From NCBI GenBank assembly GCA_002506825.1, contig DAYH01000031.1, positions 84,049 through 148,048 on the forward strand: a stretch of DNA of 64,000 bases, in the 5' to 3' direction. Numbering within the stretch: the first letter of the stretch is position 1; every line of letters starts with the position of its first letter. Source of the stretch: Euryarchaeota archaeon UBA103. GTDB taxonomy: Archaea; Thermoplasmatota; Poseidoniia; Poseidoniales; Thalassarchaeaceae. Shown piece by piece: positions 56,001-64,000 of this stretch. The notes under the pieces were generated by a model. That model was not told where the DNA came from. It saw only the letters and a list, made by a program, of their open reading frames with translations, and searched no databases. The position numbers were made by a program, and so were the translations under genes.

Positions 56001-58317
56001 AACCATCCATTTGACGATGCTTTGTCATTATGGCTTCTCCCTTCTGTTGGAATTGCTTGGGGCTTACTTCCTCAGCACCTATTCTCCTAGGGTTCAGCAT
56101 GCTTCTGGATGAAACTTCCCTAAATCTCTTTGAGAACAGTTGTGAATCCATCATATATCTCTGGAGTATTTCCTCACTAGTGTCATTTCTGAAAACTTCT
56201 GGAATTTTGGAGATCTCAACCTCATGACTCAATTTTGCCATGAATCCGTTCTCATCGAACGAGAGCTCGTGAACGATTATGTTTTCTTTGGATGCAATCC
56301 CGGCGAAGAGGTATCCTAGAGCGAGATTGAAAGCCCTCCCCCTGCATGTAGTCACAACATAAGTCGGCAGGGGGGATTCCACCTGCTCAATGAGTATCCT
56401 GTCGTTTGAAGGAACCTGGAAGGTAGTAGCCACGTGCTCGTCTAAGAATTGTTTTAATGCCAGGGCTACTGGTCTATTGAGCTGTAATGCTTCTGTCAAG
56501 ATTGGCTCATAATCAGTACCCATTCGAGCGCCTACAGAAATCTTACTCAATAGCCTCAGGACCGCTTGGCTGAGCTCATGTGTACGGCTGTTAGCCTCGC
56601 CCGTCCACGATGGAATTGTAGGCCTGTATCCCGTAGCAGGAGTAACATTTACTCTGGTTCCCCTGATACTAGCGACTCTGTAAGTAGAGCCCCCCAATAG
56701 GAATACGTCTCCGTTTCTCAGACTTGAAACGAAAGATGAAGAAAGCTGACCGACTAGTGTTCCGTCCCCTGTGAAGACTAAGTAGCTGTTATCTGGTGCG
56801 ATTGTGCCAATATTGGTGTAGTAAATCATTTGTGCGAATCCACGCTTTCCGAATCTATTGTCTTCCCAGTCAAGCCAAACCCTCCTTTCTTCATCCAGCA
56901 TATCCAGGACTTCTATGTAGTCATCATAAGGAAGTGATTTGTATGGCCAAGAGGATGTCACAAGAGCGTAGGCATCATCTATATCCCATTCCTTGATTAT
57001 AGTTAGTCCGATTAGGAATTGTGCGAGTACATCGAGTGAATTCTGAGGGAATTTTAGCAAATCCATTTCTCCCTCGAGTATTGCCATTTGTAATGCTACG
57101 AGTTCCATCAGGTCATGAGGAGAAGTTGGGAGGAATCTGGCCCTGGGTAAGCCACCTACCTGGTGCCCGGCCCTGCCAATTCTCTGAAGAGCAGTGGCAA
57201 TTGACCCCGGTGAGCCGACTTGAATAACCAAGTCCACGGATCCTATATCTATGCCCATCTCTAGGCTAGATGATGAAACGACGCATCTTAGTAATCCGTT
57301 CTTGAGTTTGCTCTCTACATCTAGTCTGATGGCCTTATCCATGGAACCATGGTGCCCCTCGACACCCTCCATCCCAGATATCTTCAGCCTCTGTACTACG
57401 GTCTCGGTCATGTTCCTCGTATTCACGAAAACCAATGTCGTGGTGTGAGCCTCGGCTAATTCTTTGATTCTGTCTACGTTATGGTCCAATATTTCCTTAA
57501 CGGGAATAGAGCTGAATCTAGGTGTCGGGAGAATTATGTCCAAATCAAGCTCCCTGTCTCCTGAGATTTTTGCGATGGCGACCTTTTGTGGCTTTGCATC
57601 GGTCTCCCTTGAGTCGCTAGCAACTAGAAACTCAGCTACCGCATCTAAAGGCTCCATGGTAGCACTAATTCCAATTCTCTGAACATCGGAAGAGACCACA
57701 GTATCCATCAATGCCATACTGAGTGAGAGGTGAGTACCTCTCTTCGTTGGGACCAATGAGTGCATTTCGTCAATTATGAACCATTTCATTTGATCTAAAA
57801 TTGGCCTGAATCTCTTCGAAGCTAGTCCCAATCCTAGCGACTCAGGCGTTGTTATCAGTATATGAGGGGGTTTTCTGAGCATTTTTTGTCTTTCACTCTG
57901 AGGGGTGTCTCCCGTCCTGAGTCCAACCTTGATTTCCTTGGCCCTGCTTGGAAGATACCTCTCTTTTATTTCCCCCAGGGGACCAAGCAGATTCTTCTCA
58001 ATATCATTAGCAAGTGCCTTGATCGGGGAGATATATACGCATTGGACCGAATCTGGTAGTGTCCCATCCAGAGAGCCACGAACTAAGTCATCTATGATGG
58101 TGAGGAAAGCCGTTAGGGTTTTTCCCGATCCTGTGGGGGAACAAAGTAGAAGATGTTCCCCATTGAGAATCCTTGGAATTGCAACCTTCTGTGGCTCTGT
58201 GAAGTCTGGAAACTTGTCCATGAACCAATTTCTGACTGGTGGGCATAGCCTCTCTAGGAGCTCTTCTGTCTCCATCCTATCATGTACGTACTCAATTTCA
58301 GGCATTTTTTGCTGCAC
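53017..58317 (-). CDS. lhr: Lhr-family SF2 helicase with long C-terminal extension
   Basis: SPTGSGKT, TTPESL, DEMH, SAT, HHGS, SLEMGID, QRIGRAGH and IPSW motifs; more than 800 aa of extra C-terminal winged-helix-like sequence. Confidence 0.93.
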   Translation of the reverse strand: MQQKMPEIEYVHDRMETEELLERLCPPVRNWFMDKFPDFTEPQKVAIPRILNGEHLLLCSPTGSGKTLTAFLTIIDDLVRGSLDGTLPDSVQCVYISPIKALANDIEKNLLGPLGEIKERYLPSRAKEIKVGLRTGDTPQSERQKMLRKPPHILITTPESLGLGLASKRFRPILDQMKWFIIDEMHSLVPTKRGTHLSLSMALMDTVVSSDVQRIGISATMEPLDAVAEFLVASDSRETDAKPQKVAIAKISGDRELDLDIILPTPRFSSIPVKEILDHNVDRIKELAEAHTTTLVFVNTRNMTETVVQRLKISGMEGVEGHHGSMDKAIRLDVESKLKNGLLRCVVSSSSLEMGIDIGSVDLVIQVGSPGSIATALQRIGRAGHQVGGLPRARFLPTSPHDLMELVALQMAILEGEMDLLKFPQNSLDVLAQFLIGLTIIKEWDIDDAYALVTSSWPYKSLPYDDYIEVLDMLDEERRVWLDWEDNRFGKRGFAQMIYYTNIGTIAPDNSYLVFTGDGTLVGQLSSSFVSSLRNGDVFLLGGSTYRVASIRGTRVNVTPATGYRPTIPSWTGEANSRTHELSQAVLRLLSKISVGARMGTDYEPILTEALQLNRPVALALKQFLDEHVATTFQVPSNDRILIEQVESPLPTYVVTTCRGRAFNLALGYLFAGIASKENIIVHELSFDENGFMAKLSHEVEISKIPEVFRNDTSEEILQRYMMDSQLFSKRFREVSSRSMLNPRRIGAEEVSPKQFQQKGEAIMTKHRQMDGSVIIREAMSEILNGDLDMEQLRNFISRMDSEDVRIVHRRVKMPSPLGMTLFMSAFEDLLSLRTRAYLIKDVDPEILRRLLGARSLATDLDKQMISEYYQSKVATPKNAIDLLRLMDMGGGLERGLTNPLYNSKLSEIDIPVIREWVHELAERGLITKVRNTNHEQIDDKWFSMRMAGVHGTLGCLAVAGASEMEDLRALYTGGLNYEIAEGFTGATPEKWVSSSLSDPLDCLRLKLLDMLGSEGPQTLDQLSDRLPFPLGQVESVLQELEMRNLVSIGFFTQTDEGEFILRVDEYRITGGSVEVVDYRTLQTLLLQKSFTEFSEPSEAIKSLALIQRRDELLHRVKNFRFRDWKDFKHDSDVYNGRLLHNRVGYTTLDQIPMLLGLRSEPWIGSLEEEILEKIPEEGITRTELLSEYPRGKENQHIQKSIKRAISNLERQLVVAKQYLDVPNRKRSIALFRRIHGVVKPLDFPEALAQLISKIGPVRLHTLRFFVSRPVEELAEVLRELETEGTICRVVALQPDPTDYYSSHGDAEKLLSPLSEDRKMRILAQSDPFCSRFIQEVRMILKQGWYHPVFKGVDPIGRILMFVVNDYLEIKDVNIPHSYLDEFKETFNELLDNYRDRLVDVSVMHSFNGVPVHDCDDNIQGILSELGFISMGDGERYIRGGIVEPRPRNEVNRLLFHTHNIHQISRWENETYALKEIDELRDDFALRGRCEMFRVDLQSMAATEQLHQGTNLRGHQVWARLPHFQRLLAIRNAPANEDDFGVLEFFRNHNDPSVFMERLAMRRAEFRKLISPLVRSGHLVQDYRGGFKTVEALKSSDLWSIKRQYLRELVEEYPVISMKQLERLAGTPFSPEEISDVLHEFEEDETLIKGFLVDDQQDISWGRKEILDSKAIPKTRDLVIPPSDPLIHYFGGILRERFGFGSAYLVFHKEEPIAAFKANTRNSTIDVTDFVGDSELEKEALRVMKEFAWEHQMPLTGDLYEKLRSR

Positions 58318-58472
58318 CTATCACTCGGTTCGGCTTCCTATGAGTACATCAATGCTTCTCTAAGAACCTCATTAATGGACGTTGATGGCATTACGAATAA
58401 CCCTACGGTCTATGCATCAACAGGCATTTCTCAAGGATGGCTTGAAAGATGGGTGGGTGGGTCGGAGATACA

Positions 58473-60197
58473 ATGCCCGAATCAAGGAGGCTGGATAGAC
58501 TCACGTCAATGATGAGGAGGCGTGGCATAGTTTTCCCTTCCTTTGAGATATATGGGGGAGTTGCAGGATTAGTGGATTATGGCCCGGTGGGGGCTACAAT
58601 CAAACGCAAGGTGGTGGAGTGTTGGATAGATCATTGGACTTCTGAGGGAGACATAGTAGAGATTGATTCCCCCACTATTACTCCGAAGTCGGTCTTGGTC
58701 GCCAGTGGCCATGTAGGAGAATTTAATGATTACATGTCCGAATGTAGGACATGCGATTCAGCATTTAGAAGTGATCACTTAATCGAGGGTATGCATGAAA
58801 ACCCAGACTCCCTTGATGGGGGGGAGCTAGACTCTATTATTTCGTCTAACAATATACCTTGCCCTAATTGTGATGACCCTGAGTGGGCTGAAGCAAGGCC
58901 GATGAATCTGATGTTCCCCACTACTATTGGCGCCATGGGCGGCGGCAGGGAAGCTTACATGAGGCCTGAAACAGCACAGGGGATGTTCATGCTTTATCCT
59001 TCACTATACCGGCATTTCAAGCAGAAGCTGCCATTCGGGGCGGTTCAAACTGGCAGGGGATACAGGAATGAAATCAGCCCTAGGCAGGGAATGATTAGGC
59101 TAAGGGAGTTCAATATGGCAGAGCTAGAGTACTTTATTGATCCTGAAAACCCACCTGGCAAGAGTGGCCTGGATCAAACTCATGGCGAAATAGTGGAGAT
59201 GATCTCAGACCCAGAAGGAGAAAGTCCAGGAAATCATAGAATCTCTATCCAGAGTGCTCTGAATGATGGGATTGTTAAGCATCCGACAGTTGCCTCATTT
59301 CTAGCGAGGACATATGAATTTCTTGTCAAAATTGGTATTGATGGAGAGAGGATTAGATTCAGGCAACACGCTGGATCGGAGATGGCCCACTATGCATCGG
59401 ATTGCTGGGATTGCGAAATTCATGGAGAGTATGGTTGGATAGAGTGTGTTGGTATTGCGAACAGAACATGTCATGACCTAGAATCTCATGAGGCATATTC
59501 TGGGACTAACCTCTTGCGGGCATGGAGGCAGTTTGAATCTCCACGCAAGGTTTCGAAGGAAGTTCTGTCTCCTAATGGATCTGTAATTGGACCAATATTT
59601 AGGCAGAAGGCAGGAGAAGTGGCATCGGCAATCAGTGGATTGGAAGGGACTCCGCCCCCTACGCCCTTCAAGCTAGCACTAGAAGATGGTTCAGAAGTTG
59701 AGATCACGTCCGAGATGGTTACGTTGAAGAAGGAAGAAGGGAATGTTCATGGAGAGTGGTTCACACCTCATGTAATCGAACCTGCCTTCGGCATAGACAG
59801 GATAATCTGGCATGTTCTCGATCATGCGTTTACTGAGGATGGCAAAGACTCCGAGGATTATGTTACTCTTAGGCTGAATGAGAGAGTTTGCCCTTATGAC
59901 CTCTCTATTCTGCCCCTTTTTGACAAGGACGGTATGGACGAACTGGCTAACTCCCTACTTTCCGAAATATTATCCATAAGAGGAGTTCAAGTCAATCTTG
60001 ACTCTACTGGATCCATTGGAAAAAGATATGCCAGAGCTGATGAGATTGGAGTCCCATGGGCCGTTACCGTTGACCACTCTAGCTTGGTCGATGGAACTGT
60101 CACCATAAGGAACAGGGATAATCAACAACAGATTCGAGTCGGGACTGAGAAGTTGATTAGTCACATAGAAAGTGGGGATATATCGTCTCTTTTCTGA
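58473..60197 (+). CDS. glyS: Glycine--tRNA ligase (alpha2 type)
   Basis: EIYGG, MRPETAQG, RNEISPRQG, MAHYA, VIEPAFGIDR and IGKRYARADEIG motifs. Confidence 0.97.
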   Translation: MPESRRLDRLTSMMRRRGIVFPSFEIYGGVAGLVDYGPVGATIKRKVVECWIDHWTSEGDIVEIDSPTITPKSVLVASGHVGEFNDYMSECRTCDSAFRSDHLIEGMHENPDSLDGGELDSIISSNNIPCPNCDDPEWAEARPMNLMFPTTIGAMGGGREAYMRPETAQGMFMLYPSLYRHFKQKLPFGAVQTGRGYRNEISPRQGMIRLREFNMAELEYFIDPENPPGKSGLDQTHGEIVEMISDPEGESPGNHRISIQSALNDGIVKHPTVASFLARTYEFLVKIGIDGERIRFRQHAGSEMAHYASDCWDCEIHGEYGWIECVGIANRTCHDLESHEAYSGTNLLRAWRQFESPRKVSKEVLSPNGSVIGPIFRQKAGEVASAISGLEGTPPPTPFKLALEDGSEVEITSEMVTLKKEEGNVHGEWFTPHVIEPAFGIDRIIWHVLDHAFTEDGKDSEDYVTLRLNERVCPYDLSILPLFDKDGMDELANSLLSEILSIRGVQVNLDSTGSIGKRYARADEIGVPWAVTVDHSSLVDGTVTIRNRDNQQQIRVGTEKLISHIESGDISSLF

Positions 60198-60229
60198 CTC
60201 CCAATCTTCATGGAGTCCCAGTTAGACGG

Positions 60230-61744
60230 ATGGATGTGTCAGTGGCGCAAGAGAGTGATGATTGGGCTGAGAAGTATCGGCCGACCAGCATCAGGGAGAT
60301 GGAAGGGAACGAGTCACAGATAAGATCCATCAGGCAATGGCTGGATACTTGGTCAATGGGAAAAATTCCTAAAAAAAGAGGGGTGTTACTTTCTGGGCCA
60401 CCCGGAGTGGGAAAAACAACGATCGCCAAGGCTGTGGCCAAGGAGATGGGATGGGCAATAATCGAGCTCAATGCCTCTGAGGAAAGGAATGCGGCCTCAA
60501 TAAGAAAGGCCGCGACAAGAGGGTCCCAACATGTCTCCCTAGACATGTTCTCAGGCGATTCGAAACCGGATGGGAAGACAATAATTCTCCTGGACGAAGT
60601 GGATCATCTGGCAGGTGGTTTTTCTAAGGTCTCAGAAGACAGGATTGGCAAGTCAATCTCCTCCGAAGACGAGTCAAAGAGCATCTCCGGAGACTCAGGC
60701 GGTAAGGCAGAGTTGATGCATCTCCTGAAGGTCTCAATGCAACCGGTAATCATGACCTGTAATGATCCAATGCGCCTCTGGGGGGGCGGGAGGGCCTGGA
60801 GAATGAACAGAGACAGGGTCCTTAGATTGGCCGATATGGTACAATTCAAGAGGGCGAATAATGGAGATATGCGGAAAATTGCCTACAGGATTCTTGATGG
60901 AGAGGACCTATCAATCGATCCAGGGGCTTTAGAAGAGTTAATTTCTGGCAATCCGGGGGACCTCCGGGCTCTAGCGAGAGACCTACAAGCGGTTTCTTCG
61001 CTAGTAGATGGGCATGTCAACTTAGGACATATTAGAGGACTGAGGGACGTTTCTGAAAGAGATTCGCAGATTGATGTATTCAGAGCCATGAAAGAGATAT
61101 ACTCTAGCAGCGATGGTTCTAAAGCGTCCGAAATTCTCAGAAATAGTGACAAAGATCCGGATCAGATGCTAGCTTGGTTCTCTTGGAACAACCAATCTGT
61201 ATTTGATTCGGCGGGCCTTGCTTCGATTAGCGCGGCTATGGAGATGGCTGACAGGTCCCTGGCTACCAAGTTCACGAATCGTGCATTCAGATCTTGGTAT
61301 TGGGGATCTGCCCTAACCTCGCAAGCTGCGGTTTCCCAGTCTCCAATCACATCTGACCCCTATCTTGGTTACCCAGACTTTCTTAGAAGAGGTGCAGAGT
61401 CTTGGAGGAGCGTCAATGTCGTCTCCACTATGTCAGAGAATGTTTCTACAAGTAAGTCATCATTCAGAGAAGAATTGTGGCCACTTTTGCTGGCTGTACA
61501 TGATGAGTCCCTGGGAGGAGAGCCTGATGACTTCAGTATCTCTAAGAGAATGGGGCTTGCAGTAGAAGAGCATCTGTCGCTACATGGCATAGCTAAGACT
61601 AGTAGAAAGGGAAAGTCGATTATCAACAAATACGAGGAGCAAGAGAAATTGTCAGAGCCACTGCCTGAGCTGCCCCTCGAAAATAATGTTGATAATGAAA
61701 ATTCAGAGAGTAGCGATAAGCAATTCACACTTGACTCATTCTAG
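60230..61744 (+). CDS. rfcL: Replication factor C large subunit
   Basis: WAEKYRP, GPPGVGKT, ELNASEER, DEVD, GDLR and the C-terminal PIP box QFTLDSF. Confidence 0.93.
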   Translation: MDVSVAQESDDWAEKYRPTSIREMEGNESQIRSIRQWLDTWSMGKIPKKRGVLLSGPPGVGKTTIAKAVAKEMGWAIIELNASEERNAASIRKAATRGSQHVSLDMFSGDSKPDGKTIILLDEVDHLAGGFSKVSEDRIGKSISSEDESKSISGDSGGKAELMHLLKVSMQPVIMTCNDPMRLWGGGRAWRMNRDRVLRLADMVQFKRANNGDMRKIAYRILDGEDLSIDPGALEELISGNPGDLRALARDLQAVSSLVDGHVNLGHIRGLRDVSERDSQIDVFRAMKEIYSSSDGSKASEILRNSDKDPDQMLAWFSWNNQSVFDSAGLASISAAMEMADRSLATKFTNRAFRSWYWGSALTSQAAVSQSPITSDPYLGYPDFLRRGAESWRSVNVVSTMSENVSTSKSSFREELWPLLLAVHDESLGGEPDDFSISKRMGLAVEEHLSLHGIAKTSRKGKSIINKYEEQEKLSEPLPELPLENNVDNENSESSDKQFTLDSF

Positions 61745-63313
61745 CTAGATGTCACTTCTCCAGGTCTTGGGATGCAGCAGCACCAACACGGTCAGTAGCT
61801 CTAGCCTCCCTAGCCACATCAATAGTGATGCCACTACCAATGATGGCTCGCCTAGTGCCGCCCATGTCGCAGTGGGCCCAAATGCGCCTAGCGCTGGCCC
61901 GGTATTACCAAGGAGAGAAAGGGAAACGGAGAGAACGTCAGTCATATCCAAGGATGGCTCCAATAGAGAGAATACTAGTATGGATGCAGTAACAAGAACT
62001 GTCCAAGAACTTAGCATTCCCAAAACGGTCCATATCCTCTTCTCGTCGATGACCTCATCATTGAATCTTATCGCTACTACCTTCCTAGGCTGGATAATCT
62101 TCAATATCTCTCTTTTTGAAAGTTCGAAAGCGATTCTTATTCTCAGTACTTTGAGGCCCCCTCCTGTGGAGCCGGCTGTTGCCCCTATGATCATCAACAA
62201 TAGCAATACGAACTGACTGAAAAGAGGCCAAGTAGCGAAATCTGCAGAGGAGTAACCAGTACTCGATATGGAAATAGCTTGGAACATCGAGTGCCTGATA
62301 GTTTCTAAGAAGCCCAGATCTTGCGGGCCTGAGCTGTAAATATTGAAAGCCATGGACACCCATGCAACTAGTAGGATGAAGAGGTAGCTCCTGACTTCAC
62401 CATCTTTGAATGCCTCCTTTGATCTCCCTGCGAGAATTAAATGAAGGAGGCTGAAGTTGATGCAAGTGAGAACCATAAAGATCATGAGAATCACCTCTAT
62501 TCTGGCTGAGCTGAATGCCATAACCCCTCCATCAGTAGTACCAAAGCCACCGGATGAGAGGGTTGTTAGGGCATAATTTACAGAGTCGAATAAGCTCATT
62601 TCACCTATGAATCTGAGAAGTGCCATCTCAATTACTGTGAGTATGATATAAATTGACCATAGCCTCCTTGCGGTAGACTGCAACGAGGGGCCCAATCTGG
62701 AAAGTGATGGGCCTGTCAGTTCGGCTCTTGCCAATGACATGCCTCCTCCTAAGGCCTGAGAAAGTATGAGAAGTCCCAGCATTATCACACCCATTCCACC
62801 AAGCCACTGAGTGAGTGACCTCCAGAGTATCAGACTCTGTGGCTGGGAACTGATACAATCCGCTCCCTCTACACATAGGGGGCTTGTCGAATGGTCTATC
62901 ACAGTGGATCCTGTTGTGGTAAAACCTGACATTGACTCGAACCATGAGTGAATGGCTCCTGAGAAGACATCGGCTACTGCGACAGTGTCCATGGAAAGCT
63001 CGGCAGGCCCGTAGAAGACCCCTCCTAGCCAGTAGGGTAATGCCCCCAGAACCACAACAGGAATCCATCCGAGAGCTACAGAGGCGAATGCTTCACGATC
63101 CCTCAGTCTAGAAGCGGTATCGGCCCCCTTGGCCAATGAAACTAGGCTTTGTCCTACAAATGCGGCCAGGATAAGAGGGATCAGGTAGGTTCTAGCGGCG
63201 AACTCATATCCCTCGGAATCCAAATAGCAACTATAAGCGGCTACCAAAGCAAGAGGTAGGGCGACTAGTCTAATCGTCCATCCTAAGACAAAACCGACAA
63301 CGTCCCAGCGCAT
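61745..63313 (-). CDS. trkH: Trk potassium uptake membrane protein
   Basis: FESMSGFTTTG, WRSLTQWLGGMG, SSGGF, GSTGGGLK, GNTGP and GRLE motifs. Confidence 0.95.
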   Translation of the reverse strand: MRWDVVGFVLGWTIRLVALPLALVAAYSCYLDSEGYEFAARTYLIPLILAAFVGQSLVSLAKGADTASRLRDREAFASVALGWIPVVVLGALPYWLGGVFYGPAELSMDTVAVADVFSGAIHSWFESMSGFTTTGSTVIDHSTSPLCVEGADCISSQPQSLILWRSLTQWLGGMGVIMLGLLILSQALGGGMSLARAELTGPSLSRLGPSLQSTARRLWSIYIILTVIEMALLRFIGEMSLFDSVNYALTTLSSGGFGTTDGGVMAFSSARIEVILMIFMVLTCINFSLLHLILAGRSKEAFKDGEVRSYLFILLVAWVSMAFNIYSSGPQDLGFLETIRHSMFQAISISSTGYSSADFATWPLFSQFVLLLLMIIGATAGSTGGGLKVLRIRIAFELSKREILKIIQPRKVVAIRFNDEVIDEKRIWTVLGMLSSWTVLVTASILVFSLLEPSLDMTDVLSVSLSLLGNTGPALGAFGPTATWAALGEPSLVVASLLMWLGRLELLTVLVLLHPKTWRSDI

Positions 63314-63315
63314 GA

Positions 63316-63999
63316 TTAGCTCCCAAGAGTCTTCTCAAGCTTCTTCAAATCGTCCTTTAGCAAAAGAATGTACAGCCTATCTCCTAGCAATATAGTTTCC
63401 ACCTGGCTAGGATCGAGAACGGAAACCTTTCCGTCAAAGTCCTCTCTGTCTATCATGGCTATTCTTGCTCCAAATTTGGACTCAACCTTTGAGATCGGCC
63501 ATCCCTCTATGCCTTGTTCTGCTTTTACTTCGGCTGAAATTGATATTACCTCTGGAACGTTCGGTATCACTTGGAATGTTCCTGGGACATTCATATGAAT
63601 GGATTTTAGTATACCAGTTACGACCACTTGCCTCCTACTTACGGGGTTAATCGAGCCAATCCTATGGACTGCATCGACAAGTGCCCTGTCTCCAAGGACA
63701 AGGCCTGTTCTCAAGACGCCCTTGTCCTTGGCCCTCATGGAAATAGCGATGTTTAGGTTGTCGTCCTCCAGAGCGGCAACGGCGATGTCATGGCTATGGA
63801 TGTCAAGCTCCCTGAGAAGATCCTCGTCTTGGGGATCTCCATGGATTACATCGAGCCTCTTACTATTTCCCACGCTAGATCCCACTAGTTCATTCGCCAA
63901 ATCTAATTCTGGCTCAATGACAACGACACTGTGACCCCTTCTTAGGTAGTAATCTGACAGCCTCACTCCGAACTGACTGGCGCCGAAAACAGCTATCTG
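63316..63999 (-). CDS. trkA: Trk system NAD-binding regulatory protein (5' part outside the window)
   Basis: Frame stays open to the window edge (QIAVFGASQFG Rossmann motif), then RCK_N features HGD and DDNLNI; upstream of trkH. Confidence 0.88.
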   Translation of the reverse strand, partial: QIAVFGASQFGVRLSDYYLRRGHSVVVIEPELDLANELVGSSVGNSKRLDVIHGDPQDEDLLRELDIHSHDIAVAALEDDNLNIAISMRAKDKGVLRTGLVLGDRALVDAVHRIGSINPVSRRQVVVTGILKSIHMNVPGTFQVIPNVPEVISISAEVKAEQGIEGWPISKVESKFGARIAMIDREDFDGKVSVLDPSQVETILLGDRLYILLLKDDLKKLEKTLGS

Positions 64000-64000
64000 T

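Noticed and set aside
53017-58317. Intein as the cause of the large Lhr size
   Set aside because: Helicase motifs are normally spaced, no LAGLIDADG or HN-C/S/T splice junction was seen, and the extra length is C-terminal.
58318-58472. Possible ncRNA or riboswitch between lhr and glyS
   Set aside because: No convincing stem-loop, C/D box pair or tRNA-like fold seen; the length fits two divergent promoters.

Overview
Gene-dense archaeal chromosomal segment, most consistent with Marine Group II Thermoplasmatota (Poseidoniales). This assignment is inferred from archaeal-type information-processing genes (aEF-2, PAN, exosome, TiaS, PriS, RFC-L, archaeosortase) together with hut, futalosine and IDI1-GGPPS genes. 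About 60 CDS and one tRNA-Val(GAC) are present. Main blocks: a THF-dependent histidine utilisation cluster, futalosine menaquinone genes, isoprenoid genes, the S12-S7-EF2 operon, the proteasome-exosome superoperon, gmhA/gmhB, a giant Lhr helicase and Trk potassium uptake. No mobile element, CRISPR array or rRNA was seen. The most notable observations are (1) a stand-alone half-size homolog of eukaryotic deoxyhypusine hydroxylase (DOHH) with intact His-Glu iron motifs, inside the mqn cluster and near a polyproline protein, and (2) an 11-6-11 XerA dif-like site in the only long AT-rich intergenic region, at the low end of an apparent GC gradient. All calls are by eye from motifs; no database searches were run.
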